Assembly (NCBI GenBank): GCA_937879955.1
Contig: CALFMK010000001.1
Location: forward strand, 5,461 to 69,460
Reading direction: 5' to 3'
DNA length: 64,000 nucleotides
Source: an uncultured bacterium
GTDB taxonomy: Bacteria > Patescibacteriota > Minisyncoccia > Phycocordibacterales > Phycocordibacteraceae
The position numbers and the translations under genes were made by a program. Positions 9,182-18,269 of the stretch are shown here, in pieces. The notes beneath the pieces are model-generated. The model was not told where the DNA came from and made no database searches. It was given only the letters and a program-made list of their open reading frames with translations. How positions within the stretch are numbered: position 1 is the first letter of the stretch; every line of letters begins with the position of its first letter.

Positions 9182-9484
9182 TTACTTCTTACCCCAGCGC
9201 CATGATGGCTCTTCGCCAAAGCGTAGGCAGATCCGGTAGAGGGAATAGGAAAGAAGGGCGATAACGCCTGTGAACTCTAAGACTCCGAAAATGATGTCCC
9301 GGGCCCCTACATGGCTCTCGACCGCGGCACCGACCCATCCGAAGAATATAAGGAAGGCGAAGGTGAAGAGGAGGGCATAGAAGACCGTCACGGCCCATCC
9401 CTGCCATGAGACAGGGAACCAGCCCCACCCGAATTCCTTCGCCCGGAACCACAGCTTCCGGGCCTTCCTTTTGTGTTCGCTCAT
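9182..9484 (-). CDS. Small membrane protein (two predicted TM helices), function unknown.
   Basis: 100 aa. It has a basic N-terminus, a Trp-rich motif WFRAKEFGWGWFPVSWQGW and two hydrophobic spans. Confidence 0.6.
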   Translation of the reverse strand: MSEHKRKARKLWFRAKEFGWGWFPVSWQGWAVTVFYALLFTFAFLIFFGWVGAAVESHVGARDIIFGVLEFTGVIALLSYSLYRICLRFGEEPSWRWGKK

Positions 9485-9565
9485 GGGCTTATAATACTGT
9501 AAATAGGCCGTTTTATCCAGGCTTGACTCCTAAAAATGAGGGTCTCCTGAACATGAAGAATTGGC

Positions 9566-9594
9566 TTTCCACGTCTTGACAGTGGTTGTCAACC
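9566..9594 (+). promoter_or_regulatory. Sigma70-type promoter for the 3D-domain gene.
   Basis: TTGACA -35 box at about 9566-9571, a 17-nt spacer, then TACTAT at about 9589-9594. This lies about 50 nt upstream of the ATG at 9644. Confidence 0.5.
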
Positions 9595-9643
9595 CTGCTA
9601 CTATGGGCCTTGTCAGGCCGTCCGCAAGGGCGGTCTTTCATTT

Positions 9644-10258
9644 ATGCCAGTTATTGCAGTAGTAGCCCTTATGGGCTTCCTGTTTTTACCGGGTAGCGCA
9701 GGAGCGCCGGCACAAGCGGAGACGATTTCCGCGCCGGTCGCGATAGCGGGGGCGGCTGAAGAGCCTTCCAAACGCCTGGCCACCTCGAAAGAGGCGGCCC
9801 GGACCTACCAGGTAAGTATGACCGCTTACAATGCCGTTCCCGGCCAGACGGATGCCAACCCATTCGTCACCGCGAGCGGCATGGCCTCGAATCACGAGGT
9901 TGTGGCTGCGCGATCGCGCGATATGGCGGCTGAACTCCCGTTCGGCACCGTCATACGCTTCGAGCGCTCGACGAAGGACACGCCTTCGTGCCGTTTCGGC
10001 GAAGTCGAGCACTTGATGGGGTACCGCATCATCGCGGACACCATGCATGAGCGCTGGAGCCACAAGGTGGACGTGCTCTTCGACCAGACCGATACGGTCA
10101 TGGTCGAGGGACGCATCGTCAACCCGGCGCTCGCCCTCGGTATCTGCGACGACGTGACGATCACGGTCGTGGGAACTGTCGATATGACGGATCCGCCGAC
10201 CACGCAGGCCGAGCTCGCGGCGATGTTCGCCACGCCGACCTACGCGATAGCGAAATAA
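9644..10258 (+). CDS. Exported 3D-domain (YuiC/MltA-like double-psi beta-barrel) cell-wall protein.
   Basis: Signal peptide, then the motif YQVSMTAYNAVPGQTDANPFVTASGMASNHEVVAA...LPFGTVIRFE, which is characteristic of 3D-domain proteins. Confidence 0.72.
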   Translation: MPVIAVVALMGFLFLPGSAGAPAQAETISAPVAIAGAAEEPSKRLATSKEAARTYQVSMTAYNAVPGQTDANPFVTASGMASNHEVVAARSRDMAAELPFGTVIRFERSTKDTPSCRFGEVEHLMGYRIIADTMHERWSHKVDVLFDQTDTVMVEGRIVNPALALGICDDVTITVVGTVDMTDPPTTQAELAAMFATPTYAIAK

Positions 10259-10330
10259 ATGAATCTCCTTCATGAAGAGTCCTGCTCGTAAGAGCCGGGC
10301 TCTTCTTACGTTTGGTATACTGAACCCAGT

Positions 10331-11578
10331 ATGAACATCACCCCGAAGATCCTCGTCGCAGCCGCGCTCATGGCGACGTTCGCGGTCGCAGGCGCTATGC
10401 CCGCTACCGCGCTCGCGGCAAGTAGCAGGTCCTCCTCAAAATCCTCGATAGAGATATCGGGATGGATCCCGTACTGGAGGACGGAGCTCGGCACGAAGGA
10501 CGCGAAGGCGCACATCTCGCAGATGGCAGAGGTGAACCCGTTCGGCTACACGGTGACGAGTACCGGGAATCTGAACGACGCCATGAAGATCGGCGGCGCC
10601 GACTGGCAGAGCCTCATCGCAGCCGCGAAGAAGAAGGGCGTGAAGGTCATCCCGACGGTCATGTGGAGCGATACGGCGTCCATCTATAGCGTCCTCTCGA
10701 ACCCGGTCACGCGCGCGTCGCACGTGAAGGCTATCGCGAAGGCCGTTAAGGACAACGGCTTCGACGGCATCGACATCGACTACGAAGGCAAGACCGCGGA
10801 GACCCGCGTCTACTTCTCTGCGTTCCTCGCCGAGCTCAAGGCCGAGCTCGGCCGCAGCAAGCAGCTCGACTGCACCATCGAGGCCCGCATGCCGCTCGAG
10901 GCGCGCTTCTCGGGAACTCCTCCGGCGAACATCGAGTACGCGAACGACCTCCCGGAGATCAACAAGAGCTGCGATCGCGTGCGCATCATGACCTACGACC
11001 AGCAGACCGCAGACCTGCAGCTGAACGCATCGGCACGCCGCGCAGGCGAGATCTATGCGCCTGTGGCGGACGTGAAGTGGGTGGAGAAGGTCGTTGAGTA
11101 CATGGGCAAGGATATCGACAAGAAGAAGATGGTCCTCGGCGTCCCGACGTACGGCTATATCTACCAGATCATGCCGAACTCGGATGGCAGCGGCTACGGC
11201 TACACGAAGCTCGAGGCCTTCAATCCGGCGTACGCGACGCAGCTCGCGAAGGAGCTCGGCATCACGCCGGAGCGCAACCGCGCGGGCGAGATGTCCTTCA
11301 GCTACGTGCCGAAGGACCAGCCGGCCTCGCTCCCGACGCAGAGCGCGCTCTCGCGGCTCGCGCCGCGGAGCACCTCGTCGGCGAGCCTCGCTGCCGCAGG
11401 TGCCCTCGCGCTTGCGAAGAGCAAGAAGCAGCAGGCCCCGTTCGAGTACATCACCTGGAGCGACGCGGGCGCGATCAAGCAGAAGGTGGACCTCGCGAAG
11501 AAGATGAAGCTCGCGGGCGTGGCGGTCTTCAAGATCGACGGAGGATCCGACCCGAAGATGTGGGACGTGCTGAAGTAG
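10331..11578 (+). CDS. Exported glycoside hydrolase family 18 (chitinase-like) protein.
   Basis: Signal peptide. The GH18 catalytic motif is FDGIDIDYEGK (DxxDxDxE), in a (beta/alpha)8-like context (GWIPYW..., VMWSD...). A TATACT sits 9 nt upstream of the ATG. Confidence 0.8.
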   Translation: MNITPKILVAAALMATFAVAGAMPATALAASSRSSSKSSIEISGWIPYWRTELGTKDAKAHISQMAEVNPFGYTVTSTGNLNDAMKIGGADWQSLIAAAKKKGVKVIPTVMWSDTASIYSVLSNPVTRASHVKAIAKAVKDNGFDGIDIDYEGKTAETRVYFSAFLAELKAELGRSKQLDCTIEARMPLEARFSGTPPANIEYANDLPEINKSCDRVRIMTYDQQTADLQLNASARRAGEIYAPVADVKWVEKVVEYMGKDIDKKKMVLGVPTYGYIYQIMPNSDGSGYGYTKLEAFNPAYATQLAKELGITPERNRAGEMSFSYVPKDQPASLPTQSALSRLAPRSTSSASLAAAGALALAKSKKQQAPFEYITWSDAGAIKQKVDLAKKMKLAGVAVFKIDGGSDPKMWDVLK

Positions 11579-11622
11579 AACGTGAGACACGAGAAAAGCC
11601 CCTGCGCGAGCGGGGGCTTTTC

Positions 11623-11970
11623 CTATTCCGTCGTTTGCTGGATGTCCTGCGTCTGTTCGTCGAGCATGTCGATGAGTGCGGCGTAATAGGTCGGACGCGT
11701 AGCAACCTTCTCTTCCGTAGCTGCGTTAATCGCGCGTATCGCGTCCTCGAGCGTGAATCCGGCAATAGCGGCCCGCGTCTCTTCCTTGCGTGCATCGCTC
11801 CAGAGGGACATATCGGCGCCGGGCCCGTACGTCTCGCCGACCATTCGTCGCACGCTCGCTTCCTTCGCCATGTCCAGAGCGCCGGTCTCTGCGGCCGGAC
11901 TCTCGGAGAGGTTGTCATTCGCTGCGGCATTCGGGAACTGCAGGATCTTTCCGAACGGTCTTCCTTCCAT
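11623..11970 (-). CDS. Hypothetical acidic protein.
   Basis: The ORF was trimmed to an internal ATG (MEGRPFGKILQF...). It has no recognisable domains. Confidence 0.45.
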   Translation of the reverse strand: MEGRPFGKILQFPNAAANDNLSESPAAETGALDMAKEASVRRMVGETYGPGADMSLWSDARKEETRAAIAGFTLEDAIRAINAATEEKVATRPTYYAALIDMLDEQTQDIQQTTE

Positions 11971-11992
11971 GGGTATGTAAATCCTAGTAGTG

Positions 11993-12874
11993 CTAATCGA
12001 ACAGCTCCGCAAGGTACTCGTCGATGGTGCGCTGGTCGAGGTCGTAGAACCACGCGTCATCGTCGTGCAGCCGCTCGGCGAGGTCCCTGCCTACGAAGCG
12101 CCAGTGCCACGGCTCGTACTGGTAGTACGTGTTGCCCTTGGGGTAGGAGAGCACAAAGCCGTACTTCCAGGCGTTCTTCGTGAGCCATTCGTACTCCTCG
12201 GTCTTGTCGAAGCCAGCGAACGTTCCGCCCACCGTCGTCGTCGTGAAGTCGACGGCGGTGCCGAGCTGGTGCTCGGAGTAGCCCTGATCTGCGGAGAACG
12301 AATTGGCTCCGGACCCGTACTTCACGGTGTAGCCGGACTTGAGCGACGCCTGGTTCGCGAACGAGCGGTACGAGGACGCCACCTTGAGGTCGAGGCCGTC
12401 CTCCTTCGCGTCGTCGAGCAGGTCCTCGAGGAACGGGTCTACGTCGGCATGTATCTCGTACGCGCGTCCCTCCTGGAACGCGTACGCGGCATCGATAACG
12501 GTCAGTCTCGACGGGACGTAGTTCTCGTTCAGGAAGTAGACCTTCGAGTACTTCGCGAGCAGCTCGGGATCGGTCTTCGCGAGCTTCTCGAGGGTCCCTA
12601 CGGTCCCCGAGAGGTCCTTGAGCTGGCTCTCGAACTTACCGTTCTTCTGCTGCTCGCGCCGGAGCTCCCCGGCGAGGCTGATGCTCTCCTCGGTCTTCTC
12701 GCCGAGCTTTCCGGTAAGCTCGGCCTCCTTCGCCTCGGCCGTCGCACGGGCCTCGGTAAGCGCGCTCTTCGCCGCCGCCAGCTCTGACGAGAGGGAATAG
12801 AGGCCGTACATCGCGAACCCTGCGAGCGCGAGGACGACGAGGCCGATGAGTGCGAGAAGGGTGCTGCGGGACAT
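11993..12874 (-). CDS. Membrane-anchored VanY-type D,D-carboxypeptidase (peptidase M15B) with a coiled-coil linker.
   Basis: N-terminal TM segment. The M15 motifs are SGYSEHQLGTAVD and EPWHWRFVG, with the Zn-ligand pattern of VanY-like D-Ala-D-Ala carboxypeptidases. Confidence 0.85.
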   Translation of the reverse strand: MSRSTLLALIGLVVLALAGFAMYGLYSLSSELAAAKSALTEARATAEAKEAELTGKLGEKTEESISLAGELRREQQKNGKFESQLKDLSGTVGTLEKLAKTDPELLAKYSKVYFLNENYVPSRLTVIDAAYAFQEGRAYEIHADVDPFLEDLLDDAKEDGLDLKVASSYRSFANQASLKSGYTVKYGSGANSFSADQGYSEHQLGTAVDFTTTTVGGTFAGFDKTEEYEWLTKNAWKYGFVLSYPKGNTYYQYEPWHWRFVGRDLAERLHDDDAWFYDLDQRTIDEYLAELFD

Positions 12875-12897
12875 ATGGCTATTCTCTCACAGGTCCC

Positions 12898-14979
12898 CTA
12901 TGCGCGCTCGATAGTAGCGAGAATCTCCTCGATCTCAGCGAGCCCCGCCGGCTTCGTGAGATGGTGGTCGAACCCGGCCTTCCGGGCCTTCTGTATGTCG
13001 GATTCCTGGCCGTAGCCGGTGAGTGCGACGAGCGTCGCGGCGAACCCATCAGCGCGGAGCGCCGTCGCGACCTCGTAGCCCTCCATGTCCGGCAGGCCGA
13101 TGTCGAGCAGGATCACGTCAGGACGGAACGCGGGCGCGCGGGCGATAGCCTCCTCGCCGGTATATGCGGTTTCGGTACGGTTCCCGCGGAGCGTGAGGAG
13201 CTTCGCGAGCGCGTCGGCCGCGGCGCGGTTGTCGTCCACGACGAGGATGCGGAACCCGTCACGCGCCTTTGGCGCTGCTACGGCCCGTGCCCGCACCCCG
13301 ACGGCTCCCTCCTGCGGGAGCGGGATGCGGACGGTGAACCGGCTCCCGTGTCCGGGCCCGTCGCTCTCGGCCTCGATCGTGCCGTCGTGCATCTCCACCA
13401 GGTTCTTGGTAAGCGAGAGGCCGATGCCGAGACCTGCGTGCATCTTGCCGGGCTGCTCGATCTGGAAGAACGGTTCGAAGACGTGCGCAAGGAGCGCGGC
13501 GTCCATGCCGATGCCGGTGTCCGTCACCGTGACGACGGCCTCGGTCCCGTCCGTGCGTGCCACGAGCTCGATACGGCCTCCGGGCTCGGTGTACTTCGCC
13601 GCGTTGTTGAGGAGGTTCACGAACACCTGCTCGAGACGCACGGGATCGGCCTCGAGGCGGATCGCCTCGTCCGGCATGTCGATCGAGAGCTCGTGCTTGA
13701 GGGACGCCATGAGCGGCGCCACGGTACGCTGGCTCCTTGCGAGCACGGTCTGGAGGTCGATGTGCTCCTTCTGGAGGGAGAGCTTCTCGCGGGTGATGCG
13801 CGAGATGTCGAGCAGGTCGTCGAGGAGATGCCGCATGGTCTTCAGGTGGTCGGTCATGCCTTCGGCGAGCTCGCTCGAGCGAGCGGCATCCGGCCGCTCG
13901 AGCTTCATGATCTCGAGCGAGGACATGAGCGGGGCGAGCGGGTTGCGCAGCTCGTGCGCGAGGGTGGCGATGAAGCGGCTCTTCGCCTCGTCCTCACGGC
14001 GGATCCGCTCCACGGCGTCCTCGAGCCTGCGCACGTTGTCGCGCAGGACGTTCGCGGTGTCCTTGCGCTCCTCCGCGATGGAGACGAGCACGAGGAATAT
14101 GAGGGAGAGCACGATCACGAATATCTCGGTCTGCAGGAGGTCGTATCCGAGCGTCCCTGTACCGGACGCGAGGCTGAGGAACGCGGTGCCGCCGAGCGCG
14201 AGCGCGGCGTTCAGGAAGAGCGCGAGCGTCATGAAGCGCGGGCCGATGCGCAGCGCGATCCAGAGGAACGGGATGAGGATAAGGTATACGAGCGGCACCT
14301 GCGCGATCTCGCGGTATGGGGTCCAGTACAGGAGGAGGCCGGTCCCGACGACGGCCGCTATCGCGACCCAGGCCTCGACGAGCTCGCCCTTCGTGCGCTG
14401 GAACCTGAAGCGCGGCAGCCACTTGATGAGGAGCGGCGTCACGACGAGCATGGAGAGGATGTGCCCGATCCACCACGGGATGAAGGTACCCATGAGGCCG
14501 CGGGGCATGGCGCGCTCGGCCAGGGTGAAGGTGAGGGTTCCGAGCGCCGGGATGAGGATGGTGACGAAGAGCGCGACGAACACGAACATGAGGGTGTCGG
14601 GAGCCTTCGAGAAGGTGTTGCGGTATCCGAGCTTCCGGAGGAGCCAGGTGCCCACGCTTGCCTGTATGGCGTTCGCCGCCGCAAGCCCGAGCGCCACGAA
14701 CAGCACGCTCCCGTTCAGGAGCTGGTGCGCGAGAGCTGCCAGGAATACCGCAGGCCAGAGCGCGATGCCGCCGAGGAGGAGTCCGCCGAGCGCGATGCCG
14801 GATGCCGGCCAGATGAGGGCCGGGGCGGTCGGGACGGAGGAATAGATATGCGAGAAGACCTGGGCGCAGAACAGGTACGCGCAGAACAGCAGCGCCATGT
14901 AGAGGAGCGACCGTCCGGAATAGGGGAAGCGAGGCATAGACGGGTGGATGGCGTTCTCCCTAGGATACATTCTTTTCAT
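12898..14979 (-). CDS. Hybrid sensor histidine kinase: N-terminal polytopic MASE1-like membrane domain, then HisKA, HATPase and a C-terminal receiver.
   Basis: About 8 TM helices (IWPASGIALGGLLLGG...). The H-box is ATLAHELRNPLAP. The N, G1 and G2 boxes are present (DTGIGM..., GLGIGLSL). The C-terminal receiver reads ILVVDDN...DVILLDIGLPDMEG. Confidence 0.9.
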   Translation of the reverse strand: MKRMYPRENAIHPSMPRFPYSGRSLLYMALLFCAYLFCAQVFSHIYSSVPTAPALIWPASGIALGGLLLGGIALWPAVFLAALAHQLLNGSVLFVALGLAAANAIQASVGTWLLRKLGYRNTFSKAPDTLMFVFVALFVTILIPALGTLTFTLAERAMPRGLMGTFIPWWIGHILSMLVVTPLLIKWLPRFRFQRTKGELVEAWVAIAAVVGTGLLLYWTPYREIAQVPLVYLILIPFLWIALRIGPRFMTLALFLNAALALGGTAFLSLASGTGTLGYDLLQTEIFVIVLSLIFLVLVSIAEERKDTANVLRDNVRRLEDAVERIRREDEAKSRFIATLAHELRNPLAPLMSSLEIMKLERPDAARSSELAEGMTDHLKTMRHLLDDLLDISRITREKLSLQKEHIDLQTVLARSQRTVAPLMASLKHELSIDMPDEAIRLEADPVRLEQVFVNLLNNAAKYTEPGGRIELVARTDGTEAVVTVTDTGIGMDAALLAHVFEPFFQIEQPGKMHAGLGIGLSLTKNLVEMHDGTIEAESDGPGHGSRFTVRIPLPQEGAVGVRARAVAAPKARDGFRILVVDDNRAAADALAKLLTLRGNRTETAYTGEEAIARAPAFRPDVILLDIGLPDMEGYEVATALRADGFAATLVALTGYGQESDIQKARKAGFDHHLTKPAGLAEIEEILATIERA

Positions 14980-15044
14980 GAAGCCTACATGAAAGGCCCG
15001 CGCCTTGCTACGGAGCCGTGCTTCGCCGTACTATGGGCTCCACT

Positions 15045-15455
15045 ATGACAGCAAAAGGAAAGTACGTACCCGGCGAGTGGACGCTCGCCGTGAAGCGGTC
15101 GAGCGCCGGCCTCGGCCTGTTCGCGGGCGAGCGCATCCCGAAGGGCGCCTGCGTCATCGAGTATGTCGGACGCACGGTATCGAAGGAGGAGAGCGAGACG
15201 AGCAAGAGCAAGTACCTCTTCGAGATCTCGAAGAACAAGACCATCGACGGGAAGCCGAAGATAAACAAGGCGGGGTACATCAACCATGCCTGCAATCCGA
15301 ACTGCGAGACGGAGATAGCGAAAGGCCGCATCTTCGTGATGGCGATCAAGGACATAAAGCCCGGAGACGAACTCACCTACGACTACGGGAAGGAGTACTG
15401 CCTCGAGCACTGCGTCCCGTGCCGCTGCAGCGCGAAGAAGCACCTGTACGGATAG
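15045..15455 (+). CDS. SET-domain protein (putative protein-lysine methyltransferase).
   Basis: The GxG region is SAGLGLFAGERIPKGACVIEYVG. The NHxCxPN motif is INHACNPNC. The ELxxDY motif is DELTYDYG, and a Cys-rich tail follows (CVPCRCSAKKH). The longest ORF begins at 15018. The start was moved to the ATG at 15045, which sits 10 nt downstream of a TACTAT box. Other candidate starts are 15018 and 15033. Confidence 0.78.
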   Translation: MTAKGKYVPGEWTLAVKRSSAGLGLFAGERIPKGACVIEYVGRTVSKEESETSKSKYLFEISKNKTIDGKPKINKAGYINHACNPNCETEIAKGRIFVMAIKDIKPGDELTYDYGKEYCLEHCVPCRCSAKKHLYG

Positions 15456-15516
15456 GTGCCGCGCATGAGGAACCCGCGCTTCGCGTGAAGCGCGGGTTCC
15501 GTGCTAGCGTACTCCC

Positions 15517-15741
15517 ATGTACGTGAAAGCGAGAGTACAGGCCGGTGCGAAGGCCGAGTCCCTCCGGCAGGTCTCTGATACGCATTTCGCGATAGCGGTC
15601 AGGGAGAAGGCGGAGCGGAACGAGGCGAACCTGCGGGTGATCGCGCTTGTCGCCGGCCACTTCGGCGTTCCTGCGGGGAAGGTGCGGATCGTGAACGGGC
15701 ATCGAAGCCCGTCGAAGCTCCTCTCCGTCGATACGGACTAG
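15517..15741 (+). CDS. DUF167/YggU-family small protein.
   Basis: 74 aa. The pattern V.A...EKAERNEANLRVIALVAGHFGVPAGKVRIVNGHRSPSKLL matches the YggU family. Confidence 0.65.
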   Translation: MYVKARVQAGAKAESLRQVSDTHFAIAVREKAERNEANLRVIALVAGHFGVPAGKVRIVNGHRSPSKLLSVDTD

Positions 15742-16346
15742 CGGATGCGGACGTTCTTCGCGATCGCGCGGACGGTCTCCTCGTCTGCCTCGTCCGCCGA
15801 GAGGTTGAGCGGCGCGCCGATAACGAGCATCTTCGTTGCGGAGGCGCCCGTCGAGAGGACGAACGCGTAGTACGGGCCCTTCTCGACCTCCGTGACGCTT
15901 CCGGTGGCGAGGTCCTTGAGTTCGCCCTTCAGGTAGAGCTCGTAGCCGCTCGCGCCCATGTCCGAGACGAAGGGCGACAGCCGGGTCACGCCCGTGCAGG
16001 AGAAGGAGGCGTCAGGACCGTCTGCGGCGCAGAGGTTCGCGAGCTCGCGCACGGCTGCGTCCGTGAAGGACTCGCCCTCCTTTCCTTCGATGACCTGCAC
16101 GCGCACGTCGGCGACGCTATCGATGCCGCCTTCGATGAGGTGTCCGATCGACGCGATGTCATCGGTGTACTCGAGGATGTCGAGGTCTGCCGGATAGGCG
16201 AGGGAGTATCCGTGATCCGCGTTCTCGTACGCGGTCTCAGGCACCTCCTCCGGCGCAGGCGCGTTCGCCTTCAGGTTGAAGATGAAGCCGCCGAGCGCGA
16301 TGACGAATACGATGCAGATGGCGACGGAGAGGATGCGGTTCAGCAT
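15738..16346 (-). CDS. Membrane-anchored hypothetical protein.
   Basis: N-terminal TM anchor (ILSVAICIVFVIALGGFIF) followed by an acidic extracytoplasmic domain. No motifs recognised. Confidence 0.55.
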   Translation of the reverse strand: MLNRILSVAICIVFVIALGGFIFNLKANAPAPEEVPETAYENADHGYSLAYPADLDILEYTDDIASIGHLIEGGIDSVADVRVQVIEGKEGESFTDAAVRELANLCAADGPDASFSCTGVTRLSPFVSDMGASGYELYLKGELKDLATGSVTEVEKGPYYAFVLSTGASATKMLVIGAPLNLSADEADEETVRAIAKNVRIR

Positions 16347-16391
16347 GGATAGGGATTTAGTGCTATGCCGCGAGTATACCGCGGGGCTGTA

Positions 16392-16793
16392 TCAGCGTGC
16401 CACGACGGCGTAGCAGAGCTGCTTGTGCCCGCAGCTTGCCGTCGGCATGATAGAGCCGCTCCTCACGGCATCAGCGAGCTCCGTGCGCGTCGCAGGGATC
16501 GTGAGAGGGATCTGGCACGTGCCATCGTCCGTGCTGGACCAAGTGCCGTTCGCGAGGATGCAGTCGTACTCAGTCTTCGTTTCGCGGCTGAACTCGTAGT
16601 GTCCGGTACCGGACACCTGATCTCCCGTAACATCGAGGGTGCCGGCATAGGTCCGGCCTCCGCCTGAGCTCGTGAGGTCCGCGCTCAGGGTCATGACGAA
16701 CGAGCGGGGAAGGCCGTCGCCCCTGAGGACGACCGCGGCGAGCACGCCGAGCGCGAGGCAGGCGAGGACGATGAGCGGAATGAGTCTCTTCAT
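16392..16793 (-). CDS. Exported hypothetical protein.
   Basis: Signal peptide MKRLIPLIVLACLALGVLAAVV, then a 110-aa domain with 4 Cys. Confidence 0.55.
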   Translation of the reverse strand: MKRLIPLIVLACLALGVLAAVVLRGDGLPRSFVMTLSADLTSSGGGRTYAGTLDVTGDQVSGTGHYEFSRETKTEYDCILANGTWSSTDDGTCQIPLTIPATRTELADAVRSGSIMPTASCGHKQLCYAVVAR

Positions 16794-16817
16794 GGCGACA
16801 ATGGTACCGCGTATACG

Positions 16818-16848
16818 AAGAAAGCGCCCTCTGGGGGGCGCTTTTCCT
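16818..16848. terminator. GC-rich hairpin (bidirectional terminator candidate).
   Basis: AAAGCGCCC-TCTGGG-GGGCGCTTT, with TTTTCC on the plus side and TTTCTTCG on the minus side. Confidence 0.4.
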
Positions 16849-16849
16849 G

Positions 16850-16963
16850 CTAGCGGACCTTCCGGGCGTCCTTCGCTGCCTGCTTGATAGCGAGACGCTT
16901 CTTGGTCTTCGGAGGACTCTTCCTCGGTTTCTTCGGGCTCACCCCGTGACTGTTTGCTGCCAT
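16850..16963 (-). CDS. Very small basic ORF (37 aa), tentative.
   Basis: MAANSHGVSPKKPRKSPPKTKKRLAIKQAAKDARKVR. It sits between two terminator-like hairpins and was not in the ORF track because it is under 60 aa. Confidence 0.25.
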   Translation of the reverse strand: MAANSHGVSPKKPRKSPPKTKKRLAIKQAAKDARKVR

Positions 16964-17067
16964 AGATATGATTTAGGTGTGCTCACACGATACTACGAAA
17001 TAAGGGAAAAAGCTCGGTGGGGGATATGAAAAAGGCGAGGACGTTCTGTCCTCGCCCTCTGCCAGCG

Positions 17068-17451
17068 TCAGGTGCTGGGATACTGAACCACGATGCGGTC
17101 GGCGTAGATGTCGATGACGGTCGCCGCGCAGACATTCACGCCCATCTTGGTGAGCACCTTGCCGCCGTTGAACTCGACCTTGATGTCGTACCGGCAGGCG
17201 CCGGAGCCGTCGTCGATATTGGCGATCTTCTGCCGGCCAGCGAACAGGACCGTACCGCCGAGCATGTCTTCCTGCCAGCTGTCCACGCCGACCCGCGAGG
17301 CATAGAACCTCCAGACCGAGACCTGCGCGTGGTTATGCAGCGCCACCTCACGGTCCCTGGCGCCGTCGGATTGGGCCAGGGCGGGCTGGGCGGACAAGGC
17401 AACGGCCGCCAGGATGGCGGCAGCGGATACGAATCGTTGGAACGCTCGCAT
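17068..17451 (-). CDS. Exported hypothetical protein.
   Basis: Signal peptide (AAILAAVALSAQPALAQS) followed by a 100-aa domain. No motifs recognised. Confidence 0.55.
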   Translation of the reverse strand: MRAFQRFVSAAAILAAVALSAQPALAQSDGARDREVALHNHAQVSVWRFYASRVGVDSWQEDMLGGTVLFAGRQKIANIDDGSGACRYDIKVEFNGGKVLTKMGVNVCAATVIDIYADRIVVQYPST

Positions 17452-17564
17452 GATATTCCCTCCTTGGAATATGAAAGATCAATGAAACAACCGTGGGAAT
17501 GTAACACACGTTATAGTGCCTGTCATCAGAAAACCGCCGGGTCCAGGGACCCGGCGGGGAAGTT

Positions 17565-18164
17565 CTAGAGGGATGGCGGCACGAAGCATCGGCGGCAGCG
17601 CGGCTCGTACTTGTCCGCGTCGCCGATGACGACCGTCGACGTGTCCTTGCTTAGTCGTTGCGAGAACTGTGCTTCGTCACCGCATTCGCAGATAGCCGTG
17701 ACCTTCAGTATGCGGTCCGCGATGGCGCAGAGCCCGGGCATGCCGTTGAACGGCTTCCCGTCCCAGGTCATGTCGAGGCCGGCGATGTAGGCATGCAGGT
17801 CGTCATTCCGTCGTAGGTAGAGGAGCGTTTCGATAGCGCGCCCGAACCAGCCGAGCTGGTCCCCGTCGAGCGGGAAGAACTGGGCTTCGTCGACGATGAG
17901 GACGTCGAAGTCCTCATTGGCGAAGAGCGCGAGAAGTTCTCGCTCGGTCCTGATCTCGTGCGCCGGGAGGAGTCCCGTGCGCGCGGTGGTGCCGTTCTCC
18001 TGGAGCCTTCGCGGCGCGATGCCGTTAGCGATGCGCGTGTCGGTGACCGGCTTCACGGCGAGCACCCTCTTCTTCGCGATGCGCGCGCGTTCCGCCCGCA
18101 GGAGCAGTACCCCGGACTTCCCGGAGAACATGGGCCCCACGATAACCTCGAGCGTTGCTGGCAT
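17565..18164 (-). CDS. tdk: Thymidine kinase.
   Basis: The P-loop is GPMFSGKS. The C-terminal Zn ribbon reads CECGDEAQFSQR...PRCRRC. About 199 aa. An AAGGAGGG SD sits upstream. Confidence 0.9.
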   Translation of the reverse strand: MPATLEVIVGPMFSGKSGVLLLRAERARIAKKRVLAVKPVTDTRIANGIAPRRLQENGTTARTGLLPAHEIRTERELLALFANEDFDVLIVDEAQFFPLDGDQLGWFGRAIETLLYLRRNDDLHAYIAGLDMTWDGKPFNGMPGLCAIADRILKVTAICECGDEAQFSQRLSKDTSTVVIGDADKYEPRCRRCFVPPSL

Positions 18165-18269
18165 GGAGCCCTCCTTGTTGATGAACGTCTGGAGGCAATG
18201 ATACAGCTCGCGCCTGACAAAGGAAAAGACAGGCCGCGAGGGCCTGTCTTTCCGTGTGTGGTCGGGTTG

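Noticed and set aside
12850-15048. 732-aa plus-strand ORF, and the 586-aa ORF at 13085..14845.
   Set aside because: They are antisense to the well-supported hybrid histidine kinase. Their composition is junk-like (R/E/G-rich, or S/R-rich).
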